A stretch of DNA of 64,000 nucleotides from an uncultured Chloroflexia bacterium (GTDB lineage: Bacteria; Chloroflexota; Limnocylindria; Limnocylindrales; CSP1-4). Below, piece after piece: positions 1 to 10,198 of this stretch (position 1 is its first letter; every line of letters begins with the position of its first letter). The notes below the pieces were generated by a model, which was given only the letters and a program-made list of their open reading frames with translations, was not told the origin of the DNA and did not search any database. A program made the position numbers and the translations under genes. The stretch covers positions 1-64,000 of the forward strand of contig CAVQJC010000011.1 in the NCBI GenBank assembly GCA_963712745.1, written 5' to 3'.

Positions 1-56
1 CGATGGTCGCCCGCACGCGGATGCCCCCGGCGCATCTTCAGCGCGAAAGAGGGGAG

Positions 57-103
57 TGGAGCGGGAGGCGGGATTCGAGCCCGCGACATCCAGCTTGGAA
101 GGC
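57..103 (-). repeat. Duplicated 3' end of tRNA-Gly (att-like direct repeat)
   Basis: TGGAGCGGGAGGCGGGATTCGAGCCCGCGACATCCAGCTTGGAAGGC matches 5875-5921 at 45/47 positions; no D-arm or 5' acceptor strand. Confidence 0.92.
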
Positions 104-189
104 CGCCTCCGCGTAGCGCTGTGGCACCGTGCTTGGAGAGTCGGAGGTTGGCACGACTGACATCTGCGGGGTCTCGGTTGGCCGGTGCG

Positions 190-306
190 AGCAGGCTGCT
201 CGCCGAACGCTCGCCTGTCCGCTGCGGCCTACGCCAACTCGCACTCGGTGGAGTCGCCGCGCTCGTGACGTACGTCATCGGCCAGGCCATCGGTGCTGCT
301 CCATGA
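190..306 (+). pseudogene. C-terminal fragment of a VIT1/CCC1-family Fe/Mn transporter
   Basis: ...LLAERSPVRCGLRQLALGGVAALVTYVIGQAIG resembles the last helix of VIT1 proteins; N-terminus absent; 5' boundary approximate. Confidence 0.6.
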
Positions 307-461
307 GTTCGCACGCGCCGTGATGACCATCGGGACCGCGACGGCCCCTGACCTGCCACCGAGCACACCGGTGAGGGTCCACGCAGCCCTCGCATGCCGG
401 CTGCCTGGTCGGTAGTCTCGATCGACTGGCGCCACCGCGACGCCACCACGGAGAGCAGTGC

Positions 462-2810
462 ATGGGGGGAGTACTCGACCGGCTGGACGCCTTCACGGCG
501 CGCCTCCTGCTGCCCCTCACCCTCGGTGGCCTCCTTCTGGGCCTGGCCTTCTCGTTCGCCGGTGACGAGGCCGCTGCGACGTGGTGCTGGACCATCCCCT
601 CGCTGATGGTCGGCGCCTGGCTGGCCATCTCGATCATCCGCGATCTCATACACCGGGAGGCGGGCGTCGACCTCATCGCCGTGCTGGCCATCGTGGGAGC
701 GCTCCTGCTGGGCGAGGCGCTGGCCGCCGCGGTCATCGGCGTCATGCTCGCGACCGGGGAGTGGCTGGAGCGCTACGCCGCCGGACGTGCCAACCGGGAG
801 CTCTCCGCGCTCGTCTCCCGAGCGCCTCGCGTCGTCCATCGCTATCGGGCCGATGGCATCGAGGACCGCGAGATCGCTGATGTGTCGGTGGGTGACCGAC
901 TCCTCGTCAAACCGGGCGAGGTGGTCCCCGTGGACGGCACGGTCATGGGCGACCCCGCCGTCCTCGACGAATCGGCCCTCACCGGTGAATCGCGACTGGC
1001 CACGCGCGAGGCCGGCGACCCTGTCAGCTCCGGGATCGTCAACGCCGGGACGCCGTTCGACCTGCTCGCCACGGCCACCGCGGAGCACAGCACCTACGCC
1101 GGCATCGTCCGCCTCGTCGAGGAGGCCCAGACCTCCAAGGCCCCCTTCGTGCGCATGGCGGATCGATACGCGATCCTCTTCGTGCCGCTCACGCTCGTCC
1201 TCGCCGGCATCGCCTGGCTCGTCTCCGGGGATCCCGTACGGGCCCTGGCCGTCCTCGTCGTGGCCACGCCCTGCCCGCTCCTGTTGGCGGCACCCATCGC
1301 CATAGTCTCGGGCATCAGTCGCTCGGCCAAGCGCGGCATCATCGTCAAGGGCGGTGGAGCCTTGGAGGCCCTGGCCCGTGCCCGGGTCATGCTCTTCGAC
1401 AAGACGGGCACCCTGACGGCGGGTCGGCCGCGCCTCGCCGAGGTGGTCACGGCGCCGGACCGAACGCCGGAGGAGGTCCTTGCCCTCGCGGCCTCGCTCG
1501 AACAGGTCTCACCCCACGTCCTGGCCGCTTCCATCGTGGGCGGTGCGCGGGAGCGTGGCGTGGCGCTGACACTGCCCGTCGACGCCACCGAGCTGCCTGG
1601 AGCCGGCGTCTCTGGGACGGTCGCTGGCGTCAGCGTCCTGGCCGGTACCGCCGACTTTGCGAGCGGCGGGAGGTCCCTGCCGCCTTGGGCGCGCGACGTG
1701 CGGCGTCGCGTCAGCCTGGAGGGGGCCACGAGCGTCTACGTCGCCGCGGACGGGGTCCTCGTGGGCGCCCTCGTCCTCGATGATCCCATCAGGCCCGAGA
1801 CCCCTCGCGTCATCCGCTCGCTCCGCCGGGTCGGTGTGCGACGTGTCGTGATGGTGACCGGCGACCACTACGGCGTGGCCGATCTCGTGGCAGCCGCCAT
1901 CGGGGTCGACCATGTCCTCGCGGAGCGCACCCCTGCCGACAAGGTCGATGCCGTGATCGGGGAGCGACGGGAGGCGGATGGCGTCCTCGTCATGGTCGGC
2001 GACGGCATCAACGACGCGCCAGCGCTCGCGGGCGCGGACGTCGGCGTGGCCATGGGCGCCCGCGGGGCCACAGCCAGCTCGGAGGCTGCCGACGTGGTCA
2101 TCACCGTCGACCGACTCGACCGGCTCCCCGAGGGCATCCGGATCGCTCAGCGAGCTCGGCACATCGCCGTCGAGTCCGTGGTCATCGGCATGGGCCTGTC
2201 GACCGCCGCCATGCTCGTCGCGGCGGCGGGCTTCCTGCAGCCGGTGGCTGGCGCCCTGGTCCAGGAGGCCATCGACGTCATCGTCATCCTCAACGCACTG
2301 CGAGCCCTCACCGGCGGCGTCGAGCGCGCACCGAAGATCCCCGGCTGGGGCGATCTCAGTGCGCGCCTGCAGGCCGAACACCGCGACCTTGCGCCGGCCA
2401 TCGCCGGATTGCGCTCCCTCGCAGATGCCCTCGGGGACCTGTCTCCCGGTGAGGCCATGGCGCGCCTGGCCGATGCCCGCACGTTCCTCATCGAGACGCT
2501 GGTGCCGCACGAGGAGCACGAGGACCGCGAGGTCTTCCCCATGCTCGCACAGGCTGCGCGGAACGACGATCTGACCTCGGCGTTGCACCGCACCCACACG
2601 GAGATCTTCCACCTCATCCGTCTAGTTGACCGGATGGTGGGCGAGCTGCCCGAGGAAGGGCCAGCACCCGAGGATCTCAACGACCTGCGGCGCGTGCTCT
2701 ACGGGCTGGACGCCATCCTGCGCCTGCACATGGCCCAGGAGGAGGAGCTCTACCTGGCGCTCGGCGACGACCATCCCGCCGCGTCCGCGCCGGTGACCGC
2801 GTCGGTGTGA
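462..2810 (+). CDS. P1B-5-type heavy-metal P-type ATPase with C-terminal hemerythrin domain
   Basis: TGES, TPCP, DKTGTLT, MVGDGIND, QEAID; C-terminal EH..HEEHED..HTEI..HMAQEE hemerythrin ligand pattern. Confidence 0.93.
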   Translation: MGGVLDRLDAFTARLLLPLTLGGLLLGLAFSFAGDEAAATWCWTIPSLMVGAWLAISIIRDLIHREAGVDLIAVLAIVGALLLGEALAAAVIGVMLATGEWLERYAAGRANRELSALVSRAPRVVHRYRADGIEDREIADVSVGDRLLVKPGEVVPVDGTVMGDPAVLDESALTGESRLATREAGDPVSSGIVNAGTPFDLLATATAEHSTYAGIVRLVEEAQTSKAPFVRMADRYAILFVPLTLVLAGIAWLVSGDPVRALAVLVVATPCPLLLAAPIAIVSGISRSAKRGIIVKGGGALEALARARVMLFDKTGTLTAGRPRLAEVVTAPDRTPEEVLALAASLEQVSPHVLAASIVGGARERGVALTLPVDATELPGAGVSGTVAGVSVLAGTADFASGGRSLPPWARDVRRRVSLEGATSVYVAADGVLVGALVLDDPIRPETPRVIRSLRRVGVRRVVMVTGDHYGVADLVAAAIGVDHVLAERTPADKVDAVIGERREADGVLVMVGDGINDAPALAGADVGVAMGARGATASSEAADVVITVDRLDRLPEGIRIAQRARHIAVESVVIGMGLSTAAMLVAAAGFLQPVAGALVQEAIDVIVILNALRALTGGVERAPKIPGWGDLSARLQAEHRDLAPAIAGLRSLADALGDLSPGEAMARLADARTFLIETLVPHEEHEDREVFPMLAQAARNDDLTSALHRTHTEIFHLIRLVDRMVGELPEEGPAPEDLNDLRRVLYGLDAILRLHMAQEEELYLALGDDHPAASAPVTASV

Positions 2811-2967
2811 CTCGCAGCCGGATGGACGGCGCCGGCTCGCTGACCCAGCAGCTCGCGACGTCTGCATCGAGCTGCGACACGAACCGGACGGTGCCTCGGC
2901 GGACCGCGTGGACGGCCTGCCATCGAGGCGAGGCCGTCCACGCGAGTGAGGTCCGGGGTCGGTCAGG

Positions 2968-4674
2968 TCAGCTGCCCCGCACCGTCACCGGATCGGGCGT
3001 CGAAGGGGTGGGTCCATCGGCCCGAGCCCGACCCCGCATCTCGGCGAGTCGCTCCGTTGGGAGTCGCTGCTCGGTGAGCGGAAGCAGGACCAGGAACGCG
3101 ACGACGACGGCGCCGATCCCGAGCAGGAAGGCCGAGCCGGTCGCGAGGCTGAATGCCTCGTGCATGCCGGCCACGATACCTCCGAGGAACGGCTCGATCA
3201 CCGGCTGGGTCTCGTCGGGAATGCTGCCCAGGATGGTCGCGCCGAGGTCGCCGATGGTGGCCGTTTCCTCCGACGCCACTGCCCCCGGGCCACCGGTGAG
3301 GCCCGCGACGACGTCCGTCGGCACGCCGTTCGCGACCAACTGACTCGGTAGCTGCTCCCGGAAGGTGGCCGAGAACAGCGAGCCGCCCACGGCCAGCCAG
3401 ATCGACGCTCCGAGCTGCCGGAAGAAGGTCAGGGTGCTGGTCGCGACCCCGAGGACGGCCGGAGGCGAGGTCGTCTGCACCACTGCAGTCAGTACCGCGC
3501 TGATCGGCCCGAGGCCCAGGCCCGTCAGGAACATCGCGCCCCACACGACCGGCATGGACGAGTCGGCGTGCAGGCCCGAGAGCATCAGCATGCCGACGGC
3601 GCCCACGACCATCGCCGAGAGGAGCGGCATCTTCCAATGGCCGGTCCTGGCCACGATCTGGCCGGCACCGACCGCGCCCACGATGAGACCCATAAGCAGG
3701 GTCATGATCTGCCAGCCGGACTCCGTGGCGCTCGACCCGTGGACCAGCTGGAAGTAGCGCGGCAGGAAGACGATGGCGATGAACAATCCGGCCATGCCGA
3801 GCAGTATCACCGCGGATGCGACCGCGAACGTCCGGTCACGGAACAGCCGAACGGGGATGATCGGCGACTCGGCTCGCCACTCCACCGCGAGGAAGAGGAC
3901 CCCGATGAGGAGACCGAGAAGCATCAGCCCTCCGACCGCGGGATCGGTCAAGGTCCCATCGGGCAGATTGCGGATGCCCACGAGCAGGGGCACGATCGCG
4001 GCCACGAACAGGACGACCCCCAGGGCGTCGAAGCGCGCCACCTGGACGCTGCTCTTGAGCTGTGGCATGAAGCGCCACATGACTGCGAGTGCGAACAGGC
4101 CGATGGGCAGGTTGATGTAGAAGACCCATCGCCAGCTGACGGTATCGGTCAGGACGCCGCCGATGGTGGGGCCGATGAGGAAGGCCAGGACGAACAGGGA
4201 GCTGAAGGCCGCCTGGTAGCGAGCGCGGTCAGCGGGTGGGAAGAGGTCGCCGATGATGGCCAGCGACACCGGCACGATGGCACCGGCGCCCAGGCCCTGG
4301 ATGCCTCGGAAGACGACGAGGTGCCACATCTCCTGGCTCAACCCGCACAGAGCGGAGCCGCCCAGGAAGACGGCAAGCCCGATGAAGAGGACCGGCCGCC
4401 GCCCGAACCGGTCGGAGAGCGAACCCCACAACGGCATGGTGGCGGTCATCGTGAGCAGATAGACGGTGAAGACCCAAGCGTAGAGTTCGTTGCCCTGGAG
4501 GTCGCTCACCAAGCGGGGCATCGCCGTCCCGACCGCCGTCGAATTGAGCGAGGCGGTGAGCATGACCAGGGCGAGGCTGGCGAGGACCCCACGTAGCGCG
4601 CGCGGTGCGAGCGTGAGGTAGCGGTCCGAGAAGTCAGGCGCGGGTACGTCGCGTTGGTTGACACTGGCGGCCAT
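2968..4674 (-). CDS. DHA2 (EmrB/QacA) MFS drug efflux transporter
   Basis: GSLSDRFGRR motif A, FRGIQGLG, WRWVFYINLPIG; SD AAGGAGG before ATG 4674. Confidence 0.92.
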   Translation of the reverse strand: MAASVNQRDVPAPDFSDRYLTLAPRALRGVLASLALVMLTASLNSTAVGTAMPRLVSDLQGNELYAWVFTVYLLTMTATMPLWGSLSDRFGRRPVLFIGLAVFLGGSALCGLSQEMWHLVVFRGIQGLGAGAIVPVSLAIIGDLFPPADRARYQAAFSSLFVLAFLIGPTIGGVLTDTVSWRWVFYINLPIGLFALAVMWRFMPQLKSSVQVARFDALGVVLFVAAIVPLLVGIRNLPDGTLTDPAVGGLMLLGLLIGVLFLAVEWRAESPIIPVRLFRDRTFAVASAVILLGMAGLFIAIVFLPRYFQLVHGSSATESGWQIMTLLMGLIVGAVGAGQIVARTGHWKMPLLSAMVVGAVGMLMLSGLHADSSMPVVWGAMFLTGLGLGPISAVLTAVVQTTSPPAVLGVATSTLTFFRQLGASIWLAVGGSLFSATFREQLPSQLVANGVPTDVVAGLTGGPGAVASEETATIGDLGATILGSIPDETQPVIEPFLGGIVAGMHEAFSLATGSAFLLGIGAVVVAFLVLLPLTEQRLPTERLAEMRGRARADGPTPSTPDPVTVRGS

Positions 4675-4775
4675 CTCGACCTCCTTCGAGATGTCGGACC
4701 TGTTTGGGTGGTGTTGACGCGGATGCCTGTCCGGTCCGGTCGACCGCGCAGGGACGATGCTCGACCCCAGCGTGG

Positions 4776-4827
4776 TGGCACACAAGTGCCATTTGGCACG
4801 ATGATGTCAATTGACACCACAGTGCCG
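4776..4827. promoter_or_regulatory. Three tandem TetR-type operators, 18-bp period
   Basis: TGGCAC-N4-GTGCCA (4776), TGGCAC-N4-ATGTCA (4794), TGACAC-N4-GTGCCG (4812), between divergent MFS and tetR. Confidence 0.8.
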
Positions 4828-4839
4828 GGGCAGTACGAT
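4811..4839 (+). promoter_or_regulatory. Sigma70 promoter of tetR (leaderless)
   Basis: TTGACA-17 nt-TACGAT, 6 nt before ATG 4846. Confidence 0.8.
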
Positions 4840-4845
4840 CGGGCC

Positions 4846-5463
4846 ATGAGCGTCGAGACGGGCGGGCTGCGCGCCCGCAAGAAGCTGGAAACGCGACTAG
4901 CCCTGGCGAGGGCTGCGATGCGTCTCTTCGACGAGCGCGGCTACGCGGCGACGACCGTCGATGACATCGCGGCGGAGGCGAACGTCTCCCGCCGGACGTT
5001 CTTCCGCTACTTCGACAGCAAGGACGAGGCCTTCATCGTTGATCCCGTCGGCAAGTTGGAGGCCCTGCACGTCGCCCTCGCCGAGGGTCCGCCCGACGAG
5101 CCGACGATCGCCGCTGTGAGGCGCGGGCTCCTGGTCCTGGCATCTGCCTACTTCGAGCCGGACCTGGTGCGCGCAGAGGCTCGTGTCGGGTCCAAGGAGC
5201 CCGCGGTGATGGCTGCTGGTCTGGCCTACCAGGTCCGCTGGGAGGACGAACTGGCCCGGGAGGTGGCCATCGATCTGGGGGTCGACATCGCGACCGACCC
5301 GCGGCCGCGGATCCTGGCCCACGCCACGGTCGCCATCCTGCGGGCCGGCTTCGATGCCTGGCTCCAGGACGAGTCCCGTGGTGCGCCGGTGGACGTCGTC
5401 GCAGAGACCTTCGACCGCGCCACCCCAGCCCTCGAGGCCATCCTCGCGATGCCAACGGGCTGA
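4846..5463 (+). CDS. TetR-family regulator
   Basis: GLRARKK..ERGYAATTVDDIAAEANVSRRTFFRYFDSKDE HTH. Confidence 0.93.
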   Translation: MSVETGGLRARKKLETRLALARAAMRLFDERGYAATTVDDIAAEANVSRRTFFRYFDSKDEAFIVDPVGKLEALHVALAEGPPDEPTIAAVRRGLLVLASAYFEPDLVRAEARVGSKEPAVMAAGLAYQVRWEDELAREVAIDLGVDIATDPRPRILAHATVAILRAGFDAWLQDESRGAPVDVVAETFDRATPALEAILAMPTG

Positions 5464-5499
5464 GCGAGCGTTCGTGGAGAGACCCGTCACGCCTGCCGA

Positions 5500-5712
5500 C
5501 CCACCCAGTTGCCTGATGTGCGGTCTCCCTCCCCCGCCAGGATGCCGCCTGCGCCGCATTCACACACCCGGTCCGCCGGTGCAGCCCGAGAGGTGCTGAC
5601 GGACCGTCTTCTCACTGATGCAGGGCTCGTAGGCGGTGGCCGCCACGGATCCGGCCCGGACGTACGCTCGCAGGGCCTCGAGCCGCGGGTCCGTCGGGCG
5701 CTGATCCGCCAT
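5500..5712 (-). pseudogene. Frameshifted small LuxR-type HTH protein
   Basis: MADQRPTDPRLEALRAYVRAGSVAATAYEPCISEKTVRQHLS, then a shift to LHRRTGCVNAAQAA; SD-like GAGGAAGG upstream; 3' end approximate. Confidence 0.55.
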
Positions 5713-5874
5713 CAGCCGGCCTTCCTCTCGACGAGGGGCCACACCCGTGCCGCCAGCGTCACGGTCTCGAGCACGAATCGAGGCTGGAACCGAAGGTGGG
5801 CCAAGCTGGTGCTGCCCCTCTCGCCCCGACCAAGCCGCACAATCATCGTGTCGCCACAAGCGTGAACGAGGGAT

Positions 5875-5950
5875 TGGAGCGGGAGACGGGATTCGAACCC
5901 GCGACATCCAGCTTGGAAGGCTAGCGCTCTACCGACTGAGCTACTCCCGC
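5875..5950 (-). tRNA. tRNA-Gly(TCC)
   Basis: GCGGGAG/CTCCCGC acceptor stem, D-arm AGCTCAGTCGGTAGAGC, anticodon loop CTTCCAA, GGTTCGAATCC, encoded CCA; 76 nt. Confidence 0.98.
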
Positions 5951-6219
5951 TCGGAGGAACTCGCCGCGCGCCGACGGTGTGTGCGTTGGCGGTGGCAGTT
6001 CCCACACACGATATCGCACTTGGCCACCTCCGCCATGGTTCGGGCTGTGCCAGCGCGGCCGATCATGCGGCTGACCGTGTACCGCTTGACCGAGGATCTC
6101 GGAGATCGAAGTCCGTCGCGCAAGCCGGGAACCGGCCCAGGCAGTCAGCACAAGGTATGGCTTTGGCCGACTGAAGAACCCTGGCCTGGTGGCGCCAGTG
6201 GCGGCGCTTGCGCTCAAGT
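5941..6219 (-). pseudogene. Degenerate HNH/zinc-finger endonuclease
   Basis: PCADCLGRFPACATDFDLRDP, frameshift near 6090, then KRYTVSRMIG..AEVAKCDIVCGNCHRQRT; TAG stop lies in tRNA nt 8-10. Confidence 0.72.
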
Positions 6220-7033
6220 TCGGCTGAGGGCTCCGCGCTCCGGCTCCGCGATGACGATGGGGTGCGACAGCTGCGGGTGCGGGATGACGAGCATGGGGAT
6301 GTCGAAGACGGCCTCCAGGAGGTCGGCGCGCAGGACCTGGGCCGGCGGACCGGCTTCGACCACGCGAGCATCGGCCATGAGCACGACGCGGTCGGCATAG
6401 GCCGCTGCGAGGTTGAGGTCGTGCAGCACGGCCAGCACCCCGCGGCCTTCATCGGCGACCCGTCGGACGAGTCGCATGGCCGTGTGCTGGTGGGCCGGGT
6501 CCAGGCTCGAGGTCGGCTCGTCGAGCAGCACGTACCGCGCGCGGTCATCGGCCGTTCCGTCTGCGTCGGTCACCTGGGCGATGGCTCTCGCGAGGCTGAC
6601 CCGCTGCCGCTCGCCGCTCGAGAGCGTGGCGTACACGCGCTCTGAAAGGTGCGCGCAGTCGACCTCGTCGAGCAGGCCATCGACGACTGCCCGGTCTGCG
6701 TCATCGGGGTCGCCACCGTGGAGGGGCATGCGGCCCATCATCGCCACCTCGCGCGCACTGAAGGCGAAGGCGACAGCCTGGTCCGTACCCATCACTGCCC
6801 GGTGACGTGCCAGCTCGGTCCTGGGCCAGTCAGCCAATGGCCGGCCTGCCAGCGTCACGCGCCCCGGACGATGGTGTTCGGTCGCCGGCGAGCGTGCCGA
6901 TGAGCGTCGTCTTGCCGGCACCGTTGGGCCCGGCCACGGCCACGATCTCGCCCGGCGCGACCTCGACCGTGACGTCCTCGAGCAGGGTGGCCCCGCCGAT
7001 CCGGACGCTGACCTGCTCCGCCCGGTAGCTCAT
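6214..7033 (-). CDS. hmuV: Heme ABC transporter ATP-binding protein (frameshift near 6870)
   Basis: GPNGAGKTT in one frame; LSSGERQRV, LLDEPTSSLD, VLHDLNLA in the next. Confidence 0.8.
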
Positions 7034-8073
7034 CGCGCCAGCAGCCCTCGCTCGTGGAGCAGCAGCCATAGGAAGAACGGCGCGCCCACCAACGTGGTGA
7101 TGACGCCGATCGAGAGCTCGACCGGCGAGAAGAGGCTGCGGGCGAGAACGTCGGCGATGACCAGGAACGTGGCGCCCAGCAGGGCGGCGCCGATGGCCAC
7201 CCCCCGGTGGGACTGGCCGAGCCAGCCGCGGACGAGGCTCGGCACGATCAGGGCCACGAAGGCGATGACGCCCGCGGTGGCTACGGCCACCGCGGTGAGC
7301 AGCGCGATGAGCCCGCTGACGACGAGGGTGAGCCTGGGCACGTCGATACCGAGATGGCGGGCCTCCGACTCACCCAGCGCCAGCGCATCGAGGCGTGGGC
7401 CGAGGCGGGCCAGGAGGAAGACCGCAGGGACGACGACGATGGCGCTCACGACCACGTCGCGGCCCACGATCCCCGCGAACGAGCCCAGCGTCCAGAAGGC
7501 CACGCTGCCCAGCTCCGGGGTGCGCCCGGCGGCCACGATGAGGGCGGTCAGCGCTGCGAACATGGCCGATAGGGCGATGCCCGCGAGCAACATCGTGGCT
7601 ACCACCACCCGACCGGAGGAGGCCGCGACGCGGTAGACGATGGCCGCGGCCACGAGGGCTGCCACGAAGGCCGCGCGCCACGACGAGCACGGTGCCCTCG
7701 TAGCCGGCCACGATGCCCAACGAGACCGCGACGGCCGTGCCCAGCGCGGCTCCCAGCGCGGCCCCGCCGCCGATACCCACCAGCGCCGGATCGGCCAGGG
7801 GTGTGCGGTAGAGCCCCTGCATGGCCACGCCCGCGGCTGGCCCAGGCCGCGCCGACGAGGGCGGTCGCGAGCACGCGCGGGATGCGGATGGCCGTGAGCA
7901 CGGTCTCCTGGCGCTCGCTGTAGACCACCGACTTGCTCGAGACCGACCTGGCCCAGGAGGATGGCCAGCACCTCCGGCGGCGAGATGGCCACCGCGCCCA
8001 GCCCCATCGCGACCACCACGGCCGCGACCAGCACGACGGCGAGGACGAGGAGCTTGGCCGTGGCGTTGGCTAT
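7030..8073 (-). CDS. hmuU: FecCD-family heme/iron ABC permease (several frameshifts)
   Basis: [46 protein letters not shown] spread over frames; start uncertain. Confidence 0.78.
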   Translation of the reverse strand: MANATAKLLVLAVVLVAAVVVAMGLGAVAISPPEVLAILLGQVGLEQVGGLQRAPGDRAHGHPHPARARDRPRRRGLGQPRAWPCRGSTAHPWPIRRWWVSAAGPRWEPRWARPSRSRWASWPATRAPCSSWRAAFVAALVAAAIVYRVAASSGRVVVATMLLAGIALSAMFAALTALIVAAGRTPELGSVAFWTLGSFAGIVGRDVVVSAIVVVPAVFLLARLGPRLDALALGESEARHLGIDVPRLTLVVSGLIALLTAVAVATAGVIAFVALIVPSLVRGWLGQSHRGVAIGAALLGATFLVIADVLARSLFSPVELSIGVITTLVGAPFFLWLLLHERGLLAR

Positions 8074-8991
8074 GGCGCGAGCTCCGGGTGCAGCAACCTC
8101 GCCAGGTCGGCGATGGCGTCGCCCGTCCTGGGCCCGAAGCCCATGAGGTAGAGGTCCTCCATGGCCACGATGCGGTCGTTCTCGGCGGCCGGGGTCTGGG
8201 CGATGCCGGGGTATTCCAGGAACGCGTCCCAGCCGCCCAGCCGCTCGACCGAGCTTCTCGGTGGTGAGGATGACCTCGGGGGCGGAGCCGGCGATGCCTT
8301 CGGGGGTCATGGGGATGTAGCCCCGAAAGCCGGGGAAGACGTGGGAGCCTCCGGCCAGCGTGATCATCGAGCCGGCTGCGCTGATCTCGCCCGAGACGAG
8401 CATCGGTGCGTCGGGCGGCTGGAGGATGAAGAGGACGCGTGGGGAATTGGTCGCCTGGGCCACGAGGGCCTCAGCCGCTTCGACATCGGCGTCCAGTTCG
8501 GCGATGAGGGCCTGGGCCTCTGCTTCGCGGGCGAAGATGGCGCCCAGGGTGGTGATGAGGTCGCGCGCCGCCTGCACGTCGTTGTTGTCGGGCAGCAGCA
8601 GGATGGGCACGCCTGCGTCGCGTAGCTGCTGCACGACCTCGGGCGGACCGGTCTCGTCGTTGCCGATGATGAGGCTGGGGCCCTGGGCCAGGACGGGCTC
8701 GGCCGAGAGGAAGCGGTAGTAGCCGAAGTTGGGCTTCTCCTCGAGCGCCTCAGGCGGGTAGAAGCTGGAGGCATCGACCGCGCCGATGTGCTCCTGCGCG
8801 CCGAGGGCATAGACGGTCTCGGTGAAGACGCCGCCGAGCGTGGCCACGTTCGAGATGTCTTCGATGAGCACCTCGTTGCCGTCGACGTCGGCGATGGTGA
8901 GTGGGTCCTGGGCCACGACGGCGCTGGTCGCGGACACGGCCAGGAGGCAGGCAAGGGCAAGCGCCGACAGGGTGCGAGAAGTCATGTGCAT
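8070..8991 (-). CDS. hmuT: Heme ABC substrate-binding protein (frameshift near 8257)
   Basis: Signal peptide; TETVYALG; GYYRFLSAE (HmuT-like Tyr ligand region); C-terminal [16 protein letters not shown] in the shifted frame. Confidence 0.75.
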
Positions 8992-9264
8992 GCTCCGATT
9001 GTGCTCCCGGCGACGCGACGGCGCAGGGGCGCTCACGGGCGCGGCCAGTCGACTCTTCGCAGTGATCGAACAGGAGCGACCGTAGCGGCGCCTTCGGCCG
9101 TGTGCGGGTGGACAAACGGCAGGGCCCGCGCCATCGCGATGTGCCCGGCCAAGCGTGGGGCTGGAAGGAGACCCGACGATGGGCGCGGTCTTTCCGCCTG
9201 CGCCCCCGCCCACCGCGCCCGATCGTTCAATGACTGCGAAACATCGGTCGCTCGGCCCGTGGCA

Positions 9265-9613
9265 TCAGTTCAGCAGCGCCCAGATGGCGATGCCACCCCA
9301 GAGGATGCTGGCCACCACGAGCACGACCGTGAATACCGGCTTCTGGGTCTTGTGCCGGAAGACGTAGCGACCGGCCCATGCACCGATCACGCCGCCGATG
9401 AGGGCCAGGCCGTGGAGCACCGCCTCGGGCACGCGCCAGCCACCCTGCTGGGCCTGGCGCTTGTCGATGCCGTACATGGCGAAGGCCGGGATGCGTCCAG
9501 CCGGCCATCCAGGCGAGGAACGGGGAAAGGCCTAACAGCCAGAGGATGATGAAGGCAGCCACGCCGGCGACGGCTGAGCCGATGAGGGCGGGGCGGTTGC
9601 GCGAGTCGATCAT
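9265..9613 (-). CDS. DUF1294 membrane protein (frameshift near 9490)
   Basis: YGIDKRQAQQGGWRVPEAVLH..GGVIGA..FRHKTQK. Confidence 0.85.
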
Positions 9614-9674
9614 GCCGTCATGCTACGGGGATGGGCCCATGTACGCCCGATCGATTCGACGAGGAGATAGCGCC

Positions 9675-10074
9675 ATGACCGACAACCAGGAACAGGCACG
9701 CACGGAGGCCGAAGACGCGGCCGCCAAGGTTCCCAAGCTGCTGGCCCAGGTGGCCGAGAAGCTCGGCGCCAACGTCGGAGCGTCGGCCGTCTTCGGTGAG
9801 GCCGTCGAGCAGGACGGACGCACCGTCGTCCCGGTCGCCCAGTCGATCGATCGGCACCGGTGCCGGTGGCGGCAGCGGGACCGAGGGCCAGGGATCGGGC
9901 GTCGGAGCAGGTGGCGGCGCCATCGCCAAGCCCGTCGGCTACATCGAGGTCACCGCAGAAGGCGCGGCTTTCGTCCCGCTTTCGCCGCCCTGGGCCGAGC
10001 CCAAGGTCATCTTCGTCTACACGCTGCTTGCGCTCGTCGTCGGCCGCACCCTGGTGAAGCTGGTCCGCGGCTAG
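9675..10074 (+). CDS. GerW/YtfJ-family protein (frameshift near 9845)
   Basis: AVFGEAVEQDGRTVVPVA, GTGAGGGSG..GAGGG..KPVGYIEV; SD GAGGAG. Confidence 0.78.
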
Positions 10075-10148
10075 CGCTTCGAGTTCCTGCGCCGAGCGCG
10101 CGACGCTGACCTGGTGGGAGCCGTGAATGCGAAGCGCGCTCGATCTCT

Positions 10149-10164
10149 TGTGAGGCGCATCACG
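10149..10164. promoter_or_regulatory. Crp/GlxR-type binding site
   Basis: TGTGA-GGCGCA-TCACG, centred about 42 nt upstream of a leaderless ATG (10199). Confidence 0.65.
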
Positions 10165-10198
10165 GTGGGCATGCCGTGACGTCGCTAGCCTCGTACCC

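Larger units (their letters stand above)
57..5921. mobile_element. tRNA-Gly-anchored genomic island, decayed (no integrase)
   Basis: Bounded by the intact tRNA and a direct repeat of its 3' end; gene remnants at both edges; metal and efflux cargo. Confidence 0.75.

Noticed and set aside
57-103. Second functional tRNA-Gly
   Set aside because: Only the 3' 47 nt are present; the D-arm and 5' acceptor strand are missing
104-5874. Integrase or transposase in the island
   Set aside because: No tyrosine/serine recombinase or DDE motifs recognised in the listed ORFs or intergenic gaps
7030-9213. 727-aa binding protein-permease fusion
   Set aside because: Artefact of compensating frameshifts; the binding protein has its own stop at 8070 in the shifted frame
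8992-9260. Cobalamin riboswitch upstream of the ABC transporter
   Set aside because: No B12-box or GGGAA core recognised; the gene looks leaderless (CACAAT 6 nt before ATG)
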